A stretch of 56,173 bases of DNA from Candidatus Bathyarchaeia archaeon. GTDB lineage: Archaea > Thermoproteota > Bathyarchaeia > Bathyarchaeales > DTEX01. This document shows, piece by piece, positions 46,330 to 55,772 of the stretch. Position 1 is the first letter of the stretch, and the number at the start of each line of letters is the position of its first letter. Both the position numbers and the translations under genes were made by a program. The stretch covers positions 1 to 56,173 of the forward strand of contig JAWBZG010000002.1 of the NCBI GenBank assembly GCA_038866525.1, given 5' to 3'. The notes under the pieces were generated by a model, which did not search any database, was not told where the DNA came from, and was given only the letters and a program-made list of their open reading frames with translations.

Positions 46330-46839
46330 ATGAATGAAATATTTAACGCATTATACTACATTTTTCCAGCATATTGCGCAAATGCATCACCAGTCCTCTT
46401 CGGCGGCGGTAAACCTATTGATTTTGGAAGAAAATTTATTGATGGGAAACCAATATTTGGTCCGCATAAAACTTATAGGGGTTTTATTTTCGGCCTATTG
46501 GTCGGCACGCTTGTCGGATACATCCAGGAGTTTATCGCGCCAACCTACGGTTTACCAGCTGGCAGCGTTCTCCGCGGTTTTTCTCTATCACTAGGAGCGC
46601 TGACAGGCGACCTAATAGGCTCATTTATAAAGAGGAGGTTGAATCTTAAGCCTGGAGCTCCGCTCCCCGTTATCGATCAACTATCTTTTGTTATTTTTGC
46701 CCTATTATTTTCGCTGATTATTGAGCCTAGCTCGATATCGTTTATGGGGGCAGCCTTAATAATCGTTTTAACCGCCCCAATTCACATCCTGGTCAACATT
46801 ATAGCCTATTTGCTGCGGTTAAAAGAAACGCCGTGGTGA
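46330..46839 (+). CDS. carS: CDP-archaeol synthase (DUF46)
   Basis: YIFPAYCANASPVLFGG, GKPIFGPHKTYRG, GDLIGSFIKRR. Multi-TM, 169 aa. Confidence 0.75.
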   Translation: MNEIFNALYYIFPAYCANASPVLFGGGKPIDFGRKFIDGKPIFGPHKTYRGFIFGLLVGTLVGYIQEFIAPTYGLPAGSVLRGFSLSLGALTGDLIGSFIKRRLNLKPGAPLPVIDQLSFVIFALLFSLIIEPSSISFMGAALIIVLTAPIHILVNIIAYLLRLKETPW

Positions 46840-46855
46840 CCGCGCTAAAGGCTAA

Positions 46856-47797
46856 ATGAGCAGCTTCTTTTATATCCGCTCTGCAAATAAGACTTTTAGC
46901 GATATGAGCCTTCCATTATTTAACAGAGCGAAGTCATCTCTTTGCACATGCCTCCCAAAATACAATATAAATCCATATTTGGGTAGATGTTCCCATAACT
47001 GCATATATTGCTACGCGATTAAATTCCCGAGCTTTAATAGTCCTGTGACGCCAAGGCTAAACCTAAAAGAGGAGATTTTTAAGATAGTTAAGAGGACGAG
47101 GACGCGCTTGCCGGTCATGCTCAGCGATTCAACAGACCCATATCAGCCACTTGAAAGGAACTATGAGATAACTAGGAGGTGCATAGAGGCTTTAGCTGAA
47201 AACCGGTTTCCCATACTAATAGTTACGAAGTCAGATCTAGTCGTCAGGGATATTGACATTTTAAAGAAGACCCAAACAGTCGTATCGATGACGATTACTA
47301 CGACACGCAGTGACATTGCCAGAATTATAGAGCCGAATGCCCCTGAGCCGAATGCACGTTTCCACGCGCTCAAGAGAATAATAGATGAAAATATATCGGC
47401 GGTCGTCAGAATAGATCCAATAATCCCATCAATTAATTCTGACATTAAAGATCTTGAGAAGATAGTTTCTAAGTCTTCTGAGATAGGTGTTAAACAAATA
47501 ACTGCTTCCACGATGAAGATTGTTAGAAACCTGATACCATACATTAGACATGAAAATCCAGGGCTCTCAAAAAGACTGATAGATCTTTATAAAGACGGTG
47601 AATGGATCGGGAGCTACAAATATTTGAGGAGGGACATTAGACGAAGCATACTTGTAGGGTTAAAATCCATAGTTGAAGGTTATGGCTTAATGTTCGCGAC
47701 ATGTAGGGAGGGTTTCCCAGATCTCAACACGACGATATGTGATGGAACAGCGTACTGCCGTAGGACGCTAAACGGTTTTCTTACATTTAAGAAATAA
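46856..47797 (+). CDS. Radical SAM protein (SplB / DNA-photolyase-like COG1533 type)
   Basis: NPYLGRCSHNCIYCYA (CxxxCxxC). 313 aa. Confidence 0.7.
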   Translation: MSSFFYIRSANKTFSDMSLPLFNRAKSSLCTCLPKYNINPYLGRCSHNCIYCYAIKFPSFNSPVTPRLNLKEEIFKIVKRTRTRLPVMLSDSTDPYQPLERNYEITRRCIEALAENRFPILIVTKSDLVVRDIDILKKTQTVVSMTITTTRSDIARIIEPNAPEPNARFHALKRIIDENISAVVRIDPIIPSINSDIKDLEKIVSKSSEIGVKQITASTMKIVRNLIPYIRHENPGLSKRLIDLYKDGEWIGSYKYLRRDIRRSILVGLKSIVEGYGLMFATCREGFPDLNTTICDGTAYCRRTLNGFLTFKK

Positions 47798-47807
47798 CCA
47801 TAATTGA

Positions 47808-49964
47808 CTATTGCTTGAACAAATCCCTAGAAAGCCCTCTCCTCATCCTTATAGATTCCACTATTCCGGACATATACTCCCTAGGAACTTTCTCCCAGTG
47901 AGAGAATCTGCTTTGCCAAAACGCCCTTCCGGAAGACGCCGACCTCAATTCATCCGCCAAGCCTAGAGACTCAGCTATAGGTATAAGTCCATTAATCACG
48001 AGAAGCGGCCCCCTTTGCGACACATTTAAAATTTTGCCGCGCCTTTTAGCCAGCAAATTTACGAGGACTCCAACCTGCTCAGCTGGAGCAGATATTTGAA
48101 TGGCGTACACGGGTTCAAGTAGAATTGGGCTAGCCGTCATAAATGACTTAAAGATTGCTTTTCTCACGGTTGGAGTTATCTGCGCATACCCTCTATCCTC
48201 TTTCTCCTGAGCGAGATGTACGTCCACTAAATTTACCCTTACACCCTTTAGGGGTTCGCCACATAAAGGTCCAGATTTACATGCCCACCTAAAACCACTT
48301 ATAATGGCGTTTAAATCTTCCTCAGAATAATGATAGCCGGAGAGGTCGACTAAAATATTCTCGTTTTCTTCGACCTCAATTATTAGCTCAGCATTTTTTA
48401 CGGTTCTAGAGGATATTTCGGCATCTTTAAGACAAGCCCTTATACTGGTCGCCCCCAATAGATTCTCCCTTATTGGCTCAACATTTATCGATATGCTGTT
48501 AAGTTCATTAGGGCTTAGAACCGTCGCTACTATGCCGGTTTTTTCAATGCTTTCTCTATAAGATATTATGGGTTTCGAAACAACTATTTCTAAGTCAGGC
48601 GCTTTCTCTTTTATGGCTTTTATAGAGATATCTAGGTGTAGCTCTCCCACACCGCTGAGGAGGTATTCTCCAGTCTCCTCATTAACTGAAAGAGATAGAT
48701 GAGGGTCTTCAATTAGGAGGGATTCTAGAACCCTCATCAAGCGCGGCAGGTCTCTAGGGTCCTTCGGCTCAATAGATATTGTGACCACAGGTTCAGAAAT
48801 ATACTTGATTTCCTCGAATGGAACCATATTATGCTTATGCTCCACGTCTACTATGGTTTCCCCCACTCTAACCATCTTAAAGCCCGAGAGAGCCCCTATA
48901 CTACCTGACTCAAGCCTATGGACATGCTCCCTAAATGCGCCCATGTAGATTGAAAGCTTGTTAACTACGCATTCCTCTCCAGCATTTACGAGATAAACTC
49001 TGTCACCTTCCTCTATGCTACCTGAAAATATTCTTCCTGTGGCTACTAGACCCTCCGTCGGATCACTCTTAACATTAACCACGCATATAGCTGTTGGACC
49101 ATGCGGATCGCATTCAATCATGGCTCTACCTATCTCCGAATCCAGTTTCCCTCCCCATATCTTCGGCACCCTATATTTCTGCGCCTCAACCGGGCTTGGC
49201 AGATTCCTCACAATGGCTTCTAGAACGGCTTTATGAAGCGGAATTATCTCCTGGAGGCTCTGCCACTCACCGGAGCTATATGCCTCAATTATATCGCTGA
49301 ATTTTATCCTCTTCCTCTTGGCGAGCTCTGCCGTTAACCCCCATTTATGCAGCGCCGAACCCAATATAACGTTTCCCCTAGAAACATCGATTTTCCATTT
49401 ATCCCTGAAAGGCGGCTCGCAATACATATCTATCAGATTATTAAAGCCTTGAATAATGCGCGCCACCTTAGCGTGGATTTGATCCACTGTCAACTTTAAC
49501 TCAGTGATTAGCCTGTCAACCTTATTTATTAGGAGGATGGGTTTAATCCGCTCGTCAAGTATCTGCCTAGTAACAACTTCGGTCTGCGCCATTATCTCTT
49601 CAACGGCGTCAACTAAAACTATTGCGCCATCAACCACTCTCAACGCTCGCGCAACTCTACCTGTGAAGTCAACGTGCCCCGGCGTGTCTACAAGGTTCAC
49701 AACGTATTTTTCGCCGTCCAACTTGTGCAGTAGTGATATGTTTCCAGCCTTTATGGTTATTCCTCTCTTCCGCTCCTCCTCGAGATAATCTAGCATCAGT
49801 ATTTCGCCAGCTAGACTGCGGGGTATTAAACCGGCTTCCGCGAGCAGTAAATCCGTTAATGTTGTTTTTCCATGATCTATATGGGCTACTATGCCTATAT
49901 TACGAATATGATCCTTCCTCTTCATAATAGCCAATATCTCTTCCACTTGAGCTGACCTAGCCAT
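47808..49964 (-). CDS. EF-2-like translational GTPase paralogue lacking the diphthamide histidine
   Basis: G motifs AHIDHGKTT, DTPGH and NKVD are intact, and the five-domain length is kept. The domain IV tip reads VDVHLAQEKEDRGYAQ where aEF-2 has H-x-D-x-x-H-R-G-x-x-Q. Asp codon at 48195..48197. Confidence 0.8.
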   Translation of the reverse strand: MARSAQVEEILAIMKRKDHIRNIGIVAHIDHGKTTLTDLLLAEAGLIPRSLAGEILMLDYLEEERKRGITIKAGNISLLHKLDGEKYVVNLVDTPGHVDFTGRVARALRVVDGAIVLVDAVEEIMAQTEVVTRQILDERIKPILLINKVDRLITELKLTVDQIHAKVARIIQGFNNLIDMYCEPPFRDKWKIDVSRGNVILGSALHKWGLTAELAKRKRIKFSDIIEAYSSGEWQSLQEIIPLHKAVLEAIVRNLPSPVEAQKYRVPKIWGGKLDSEIGRAMIECDPHGPTAICVVNVKSDPTEGLVATGRIFSGSIEEGDRVYLVNAGEECVVNKLSIYMGAFREHVHRLESGSIGALSGFKMVRVGETIVDVEHKHNMVPFEEIKYISEPVVTISIEPKDPRDLPRLMRVLESLLIEDPHLSLSVNEETGEYLLSGVGELHLDISIKAIKEKAPDLEIVVSKPIISYRESIEKTGIVATVLSPNELNSISINVEPIRENLLGATSIRACLKDAEISSRTVKNAELIIEVEENENILVDLSGYHYSEEDLNAIISGFRWACKSGPLCGEPLKGVRVNLVDVHLAQEKEDRGYAQITPTVRKAIFKSFMTASPILLEPVYAIQISAPAEQVGVLVNLLAKRRGKILNVSQRGPLLVINGLIPIAESLGLADELRSASSGRAFWQSRFSHWEKVPREYMSGIVESIRMRRGLSRDLFKQ

Positions 49965-50061
49965 CCACCTTATCACTCAACAATACTAGACTAACCATAC
50001 CCCTAAAATTAATTTTAACTGAGCAAAAGATCGAGTCTTCACCGTATGGAGCATGAGCATG

Positions 50062-50139
50062 CTACTTGTATCTCTCGCGCCTCTTCTTCCTCTTTCTCTT
50101 TTCGCGGCGCATTCTCTTCTTCTTCCACTTTGCTCGCAT
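50062..50139 (-). CDS. rpl41e: Ribosomal protein eL41 (25 aa); not in the ORF track
   Basis: Translates to MRAKWKKKRMRREKRKRKKRRERYK, the characteristic eL41 sequence. Confidence 0.8.
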   Translation of the reverse strand: MRAKWKKKRMRREKRKRKKRRERYK

Positions 50140-50325
50140 CGCACACCCTCTTTCCTAAACGGATCTCAAATTAATCTATTTTTAGCCCCAATATGAGGCT
50201 TTAAAGACTTTAAAAAGGTCTTCCCATTTGACTTATTAATTTTTCGGGTTTAACCGCGCCGTTAACGCTACACTTATAAAACTGGAGTCCTCTAGTAGTG
50301 AAATCCGAGACGAGGAAAGCTGAAA

Positions 50326-51222
50326 ATGAAGGGCGGTTTACTCTGCATACCTTGCACTTTGAGGGCGGCATACAGCATAGCCACTAAGGCAACCGACGAT
50401 GAGAAGATGCATAAAAGAGTTATATTTGAAACCTTAAGGTGGCTGAGCGATAATAGTGAAAACCTACTAAATATTACGCCCGCGGTATTACACACATATG
50501 CCTTTAGGCTCGTTCAAAACATAACTGGGAATAGGGATCCATTCGCAAACTTAAAGAGGGAATCAAATAAAATTGCTATGCGCCTCATACCGCTTCTAGA
50601 AGGAAGGATTGAGGGGAAGCCTCTCCAAGATGCTTTCAAGCTGGCGGTTATGGGGGCTATATGTGGCAACTCCATAGACTTTGAGGTTGAAGGCTACCAG
50701 GTTTCCATCGAGAGACTTGAGAAACCTCTGCTGGAATGTTTAGGAAGCGGGCTGGCTATAGATGATACATGTAAGCTCATGGACGCCCTATCTAAATCCA
50801 AATCAATCCTATATCTTCTAGATAACGCTGGCGAAATAGCCTTCGATAAGGTGCTCATAAAGCTGATAACTAAAATATATCCGGTTAAAGTCTACGCTGC
50901 CGTGAAATCCGGGCCGATCATGAATGATGCGACGCTAAATGATGCGTTAGAGGTAGGATTAAACGAGGATGCGGAGGTTATTACGACCGGTAGCTCCTCA
51001 ATAGGGTTAAATTTAGAGGAGTGCTCAAAGGAATTTATGAGGTATCTGAGGGAGGCTGATGTTATAATCGCTAAAGGTCAAGGCTATTATGAGAGCTTAA
51101 CGGAGATTGAAAATATCCTTCTGAAGCCGATAGCATATATGCTTAGAGCTAAATGTTTAGTTGTAGCTAAATCCCTTAAAGTAAGTCAGGGGGCAAACGT
51201 TGTCAAAGTTGTAAACTATTAG
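50326..51222 (+). CDS. DUF89 / ARMT1-like damage-control phosphatase family protein
   Basis: CIPCTLR start, LLDNAGEIAFD and IAKGQGYYESL motifs. Confidence 0.7.
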   Translation: MKGGLLCIPCTLRAAYSIATKATDDEKMHKRVIFETLRWLSDNSENLLNITPAVLHTYAFRLVQNITGNRDPFANLKRESNKIAMRLIPLLEGRIEGKPLQDAFKLAVMGAICGNSIDFEVEGYQVSIERLEKPLLECLGSGLAIDDTCKLMDALSKSKSILYLLDNAGEIAFDKVLIKLITKIYPVKVYAAVKSGPIMNDATLNDALEVGLNEDAEVITTGSSSIGLNLEECSKEFMRYLREADVIIAKGQGYYESLTEIENILLKPIAYMLRAKCLVVAKSLKVSQGANVVKVVNY

Positions 51223-51251
51223 ATTGCTTCAGTCTTTATTAGGGGAGATTT

Positions 51252-51932
51252 ATGAGGCTGGGTGCGCTCTTCTCCGGCGGAAAGGATTCGTGTTTAGCCG
51301 TCTATAAGGCTCTTAAATTTCATGAGGTTTCCTGCCTGATAAGTTTGATTCCAAGAAGCGAGGAGAGCCGCATATTTCATTACCCGAACATTTGGGTAAC
51401 TAAGGTTCAAGCGGAAGCCATGGGCGTACCAATAATCCAGATGGAGACAGGGGACAGCGAGGGCGAGGAGATCGCTAGCCTACATAAAGCCTTAAGGGAA
51501 GCAGCTAGGAAGTTTAAAATCAATGGAATTGTTACTGGAGCGATAAGATCCACATACCAAGCTAGCAGGTTTCAGAGAGTATGCGCTAAACTCGGGCTTT
51601 GGTGTTTTAATCCCCTATGGCTCATGGATCAAAAAGAGCTGTTGAAGGAAGTTGTGAGGGAAGGGTTCCATGCTATAATTTCAGGGGTGTTTGCCTATCC
51701 TCTCGATGAAAGCTTCCTTGGAAAAGCTATAGACTATGAAGTTATGAGAAGAATCTTTAAATTCCAAGAAAAATATGGTATAAGCGCTGCCGGCGAGGGC
51801 GGCGAAATAGAGACAACTGTCCTCGACGCACCATTCTTTAGGAAAAGAATCGAGGTGACCGATTACGAAATATGTTACAGGGAGAACGCGGGCATATTTA
51901 AGATAAAGGGCTTGAGGCTAATTGGTAAATGA
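51252..51932 (+). CDS. PP-loop ATP pyrophosphatase of the MJ0570 / Dph6 (diphthine-ammonia ligase) family
   Basis: FSGGKDS PP-loop, GAIRSTYQASRFQRVC, NPLW, GEGGEIETTVLDAPFF. Confidence 0.7.
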   Translation: MRLGALFSGGKDSCLAVYKALKFHEVSCLISLIPRSEESRIFHYPNIWVTKVQAEAMGVPIIQMETGDSEGEEIASLHKALREAARKFKINGIVTGAIRSTYQASRFQRVCAKLGLWCFNPLWLMDQKELLKEVVREGFHAIISGVFAYPLDESFLGKAIDYEVMRRIFKFQEKYGISAAGEGGEIETTVLDAPFFRKRIEVTDYEICYRENAGIFKIKGLRLIGK

Positions 51933-52474
51933 GAATATTATTAGTTAGTTTATGCTGCGACCCCCTAAGCGAGCTAGAATTCGTTAAACCTATATTGAAC
52001 ATTTTATGTAGCCTGAGCGCCAACGTGCTCGTTAAGCATTACACGGAGGTTAATCCAAAAGATCTTTCCTACGTGGAGAAAGTTATTATTTGCGGGTCGG
52101 CTTTAAGGGACGATAAGTTTTTGGTGGGAGAATGGTTTAGGTGGTTAGAGGAATGCGATAAGCCAGTTTTGGGGGTAGGCTCAAGCTTCCAGGTTATCGC
52201 TAAAACTTTCCATTGCGCTTTACTCAAAAAGACGAGAATCGGGCTATTTAATGTGAAGGTGACTAGGGAGAACATATTAGTGAGCGAAAAAGAATTCTAC
52301 GCATACTTTCAGACGGGGAAGGTTGCGAAAATATCGAAGCCCCTTGAAACCCTCGCTAGAACCGGAACGTTAGATTGCATGGTTAAGCATAAATCAAAAG
52401 ATATTTACGGCTGCCTATTCCACCCCGAGGTTACTAAGCCCGAAATAATCTCAAATTTTATCCTGAAAACTTAA
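51929..52474 (+). CDS. Class-I glutamine-amidotransferase-like protein lacking the nucleophile cysteine
   Basis: GuaA-subunit-like layout: VIICGS, PVLGVGSSFQVIA where GATases have LGICLGHQ, and a retained FHPEV. ATGA overlap with the Dph6-like gene. Confidence 0.45.
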   Translation: MRILLVSLCCDPLSELEFVKPILNILCSLSANVLVKHYTEVNPKDLSYVEKVIICGSALRDDKFLVGEWFRWLEECDKPVLGVGSSFQVIAKTFHCALLKKTRIGLFNVKVTRENILVSEKEFYAYFQTGKVAKISKPLETLARTGTLDCMVKHKSKDIYGCLFHPEVTKPEIISNFILKT

Positions 52475-53232
52475 TTAATCTTGAATATTTTTTTAGCGTT
52501 CTCGGTGGTTTCCTCAGCCACTACCCTTACGTTTAAACCCTTAATTTCGGCAACGGCGCTTAACGCTTTGATTATATGCGCTGGTTCAGCGGTCTCCCCA
52601 GCGTAAACAACTGGGGAATCCGTCTCCAAAATTATGTTCTCTATGGGTGTTCTCGCTATAACCCTCCTATGCTCCTTACTGTAGGCTGCGGCTGGCGTAG
52701 CCGAGACGCAGTGCCCGTGGTCAAGGAGCTTCTTTAGGGCCTCGTTAGGTCCGCTAAACCAGTGGAAAACAGCTCTCTTAACCCCGGCTTCTATAACCAT
52801 GTCAACGCAGTCGCTCCATGCGCCCCTACTATGAATTGAGACAGGCTTATCGTTCTTCTTCGCCATGTTAAGTATCCTTCTGAAGATATTTCTCTGCAGA
52901 TCTTTCCTATCCTCATCCCTTCTAGCCTCTTTATCCCAATAATCTAAGCCAACCTCCCCCAGAGCCACCACTTTGTCGATGTTTCTCTCAATAAATTTTA
53001 TGGTCTCCTCAATCCTAGATGGCTCAAGCCCCCATGGATGAAGCCCCAGCGCAGGATAAATCTTCAGCCCTTTAACTTCGTATTTTCGGCTTTCATTCAT
53101 CACCCAAACATTAGAATCATAATCCGAGCCCACAGCGATTATCGCGACAACGCCTACCTCGACAGCCCTTCTAATGGCGTCCCTAAGATTACTAACCCCC
53201 TCCAGGTGCGCGTGTGTATCTATTAGGTTCAT
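52471..53232 (-). CDS. tatD: TatD-family metal-dependent hydrolase
   Basis: LIDTHAHL start, GEVGLDY, SIHSR, FHWFSG, ETDSP motifs. Confidence 0.85.
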   Translation of the reverse strand: MNLIDTHAHLEGVSNLRDAIRRAVEVGVVAIIAVGSDYDSNVWVMNESRKYEVKGLKIYPALGLHPWGLEPSRIEETIKFIERNIDKVVALGEVGLDYWDKEARRDEDRKDLQRNIFRRILNMAKKNDKPVSIHSRGAWSDCVDMVIEAGVKRAVFHWFSGPNEALKKLLDHGHCVSATPAAAYSKEHRRVIARTPIENIILETDSPVVYAGETAEPAHIIKALSAVAEIKGLNVRVVAEETTENAKKIFKIN

Positions 53233-53342
53233 AGATGCTTCCTCAGACGGCAGCCATTCTCATTAAGCAATAATTAGATAACTGAACAACTTATAAAGAT
53301 TCGAGAACGAATAAACTGTAACTGAAATATGGGGATTAAAGT

Positions 53343-54797
53343 TTATCTCCGCAGCCTCTTAATCAGCTTTCCTCCGGAATCATATATCTCTACGGTGAGC
53401 GGCATTTGCCCGACGGCGAAATGCGTTGCGCATGCGAAGCATGGGTCATATGCCCTGAAAGCCATTTCCACCATATTAAGTAGACCTTGATCAACATTGC
53501 CTCCGTGAATTAAATTCTTAGCTGCTTCACGTATCGAAATATTTATTGATGGCACATTATTCACTGTGGCTACAATGAGATTAACGTCTTTAACCAGGGC
53601 ATTTTCATCTAGCACATAATGGTGGATTAACGTTCCCCTAGCCGCCTCAACAACGCCGACACCCTCGCCTGGTTCGCCGGGCTTATTGCGGATGTTCTTG
53701 CTAGTTATCTCCGGGTCTCTAGCGAGCTCAACCGCGCGCTCGGCTGCGTAGAGCAGCTCAATGAGGCGCGCCCAATGATAAGCCAGCGTAGAGTGGACCG
53801 GTCTCCCGCCCAAAGCCCCATACATTGCTTTATATTCTTCCTGGGCAAGCGGGGTCGCTACACCATCAGAAGCGTTAAGCCTCCCTAATGGACCGACACG
53901 GAAAATCCCGCTCTCCGGCCCATCTATAAATCCTTTCCATCCAATTTTCTTCAGGTATGGGAGCTTGACGTAGGTCCACTCCTCAACATGTTCAGCTATG
54001 TGGTTTAAATAGTCTTTTGCGTCGAACTTTGCGAACTCATTTCCGTAGGGGTCGACAACCCTTATTTTACCATCATAGAAGTTAACCCTATTTCTGTCGT
54101 CAACTAAGCCCATATAATAGGTGTGTAGAGAGTAGGGGTCGCTTTTAACTAAATCTATGTACTCGGTGTTCTCAAGAACAATTTTATGGAATAGATCTAA
54201 TGTGAGCCTTGCGAATCCCACCGATGAAAGAGCCATCTCCTCAATCTCCCTCCTATTCTCTTCGCTTAGGGATTTAGATAAGCCTCCGGGCAAACCGCAG
54301 ACAGGGTGCGTAGCTTTGCCGCCTATGATCTCCACTATCCTCTGCCCGTAGGCTCTATGCTTTATGATCTCCTTGCCAATATCTAAACCCAATCTCTCAA
54401 TAACGCCAAGAATGTTACGTTTTTCCGGCGGAGCTTTAGGGCCGACTATGAAGTCCGGTCCGCCAAGATAGTAGAAGTGTAATATGTGGTCGTATATTAT
54501 GTAGCCGCAATACATCAACTCTCTAAGCTTCTTAGCCGGCTCAGGCGGCTCAACGTGGAAAGCCGCGTCAAGAGCCTTTGTTCCAGCCGTATGGTGAGCC
54601 ACCGGGCAGACGCCGCAGATTCTGCTCGTCAATATAGGCATGTCCTCAGCTTTCCTACCTATGCAGAATCTCTCAAAGCCGCGGAGCTCAGGTACCTGCA
54701 TATAAGCGTTTTCGACGTCGCCCTCCTCATTTAGAAATATAATTATTTTACCGTGACCCTCAAGCCTCGTGATTGGATTTATAGCTATTTTCTTCAT
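53343..54797 (-). CDS. [NiFe] hydrogenase large subunit (Mvh / group 3-like)
   Basis: RLEGHGKI, RICGVCPVAHH, and C-terminal DPCFACATH followed by a 25-aa extension for endopeptidase processing. Confidence 0.9.
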   Translation of the reverse strand: MKKIAINPITRLEGHGKIIIFLNEEGDVENAYMQVPELRGFERFCIGRKAEDMPILTSRICGVCPVAHHTAGTKALDAAFHVEPPEPAKKLRELMYCGYIIYDHILHFYYLGGPDFIVGPKAPPEKRNILGVIERLGLDIGKEIIKHRAYGQRIVEIIGGKATHPVCGLPGGLSKSLSEENRREIEEMALSSVGFARLTLDLFHKIVLENTEYIDLVKSDPYSLHTYYMGLVDDRNRVNFYDGKIRVVDPYGNEFAKFDAKDYLNHIAEHVEEWTYVKLPYLKKIGWKGFIDGPESGIFRVGPLGRLNASDGVATPLAQEEYKAMYGALGGRPVHSTLAYHWARLIELLYAAERAVELARDPEITSKNIRNKPGEPGEGVGVVEAARGTLIHHYVLDENALVKDVNLIVATVNNVPSINISIREAAKNLIHGGNVDQGLLNMVEMAFRAYDPCFACATHFAVGQMPLTVEIYDSGGKLIKRLRR

Positions 54798-55772
54798 TTT
54801 TGAATAAGCCTCCTTCCTCTTAAAATCGAGGATGGGAGCGTGTACATGTAGAATGTTCCAACGGGATCTATTACCTGATTTATAATCATCTTAGCTTCTT
54901 CGGATAGCCCCCTCTCCCCCGCTCCAATTATAGATGCTAGGGCGCTCAGCATAGCCGCGCCTTGATCAGTTGCGTTAGGGCACGGTCCACCGCAACCGGT
55001 GCAGGGCATGTCAGCCTTTAAGCATCTGGCTCCGCATCCTCCTCTCGTCGCTGGACCCATACATATTATTCCTTGCTCAAATAGGCATCTTTCGGGGTCA
55101 GGGATTTTCTCATGAACCCGATATATGCGTGATATCTTTTTGCTCTCCTTCCTCTTCGGGCACTCGTCACACACGGATTTTAAGGGCGCTAGAACTGAGC
55201 CTTTTGGGGGAAGCTCGCCCTTAAATATTGCTTCTAACGCGAATACGGTTCTTTCCGCCGCTGGCGGGCATCCTGGAACGTAGTAGTCGACCTCAACAAC
55301 TTGGTTGAGGGCTTTCACTTCATCGTAGAATTCTGGAAGCTCGAGCTCACCTTCCTTAACGCGTGTTTTAGGTTTAGGCAGAATGTTTCCTGGGTTAATT
55401 GTGGAGGCGGTCTTAAAATATATTTTCTCAAAGATCTCCCTCCTATTATGAAGGTTCGCTAGCCCTGGGACTCCTCCAAAGCAGGCGCATGAGCCGTAGG
55501 CAACGAGCACTTTAGACTTCTTCCTCAACAGTTTAGCCATATAGTCTTGTTCGCCATTACGTATACCGCCATTAAAGAAGCATATATCTATGTATTTATC
55601 AGGTATTTTTTCAACATCGCGGTATTTCACGTCCATGGCAGCCGGCCAAAAGATTATATCCGCTAATCGTGTGACGTCGAGTATCTTCTCATTTATTATC
55701 GAGAACCGCTATTTCGCATCCACCGCAGCTCGCAGCCCAATAAAAGGCAAACTTAAACCTCTCTCTATCCAA
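54794..55772 (-). CDS. [NiFe] hydrogenase small subunit (Mvh-like), interrupted by a frameshift near 55689..55697
   Basis: The N-terminal 27 codons (TTG 55772, ..FAFYWAASCGGCEIAVLDNK, TGA 55691..55689) are in one frame. The continuation EKILDVTRLADIIFWPAAMDVKY... and the distal/medial cluster Cys motifs are in the +1 frame. The track only shows 54794..55636. Confidence 0.75.

Noticed and set aside
55689-55691. In-frame TGA in the hydrogenase small subunit as a selenocysteine codon
   Set aside because: Homology downstream of the TGA continues in a different reading frame, not the same one. The position does not correspond to a cluster-ligand or active-site Cys.
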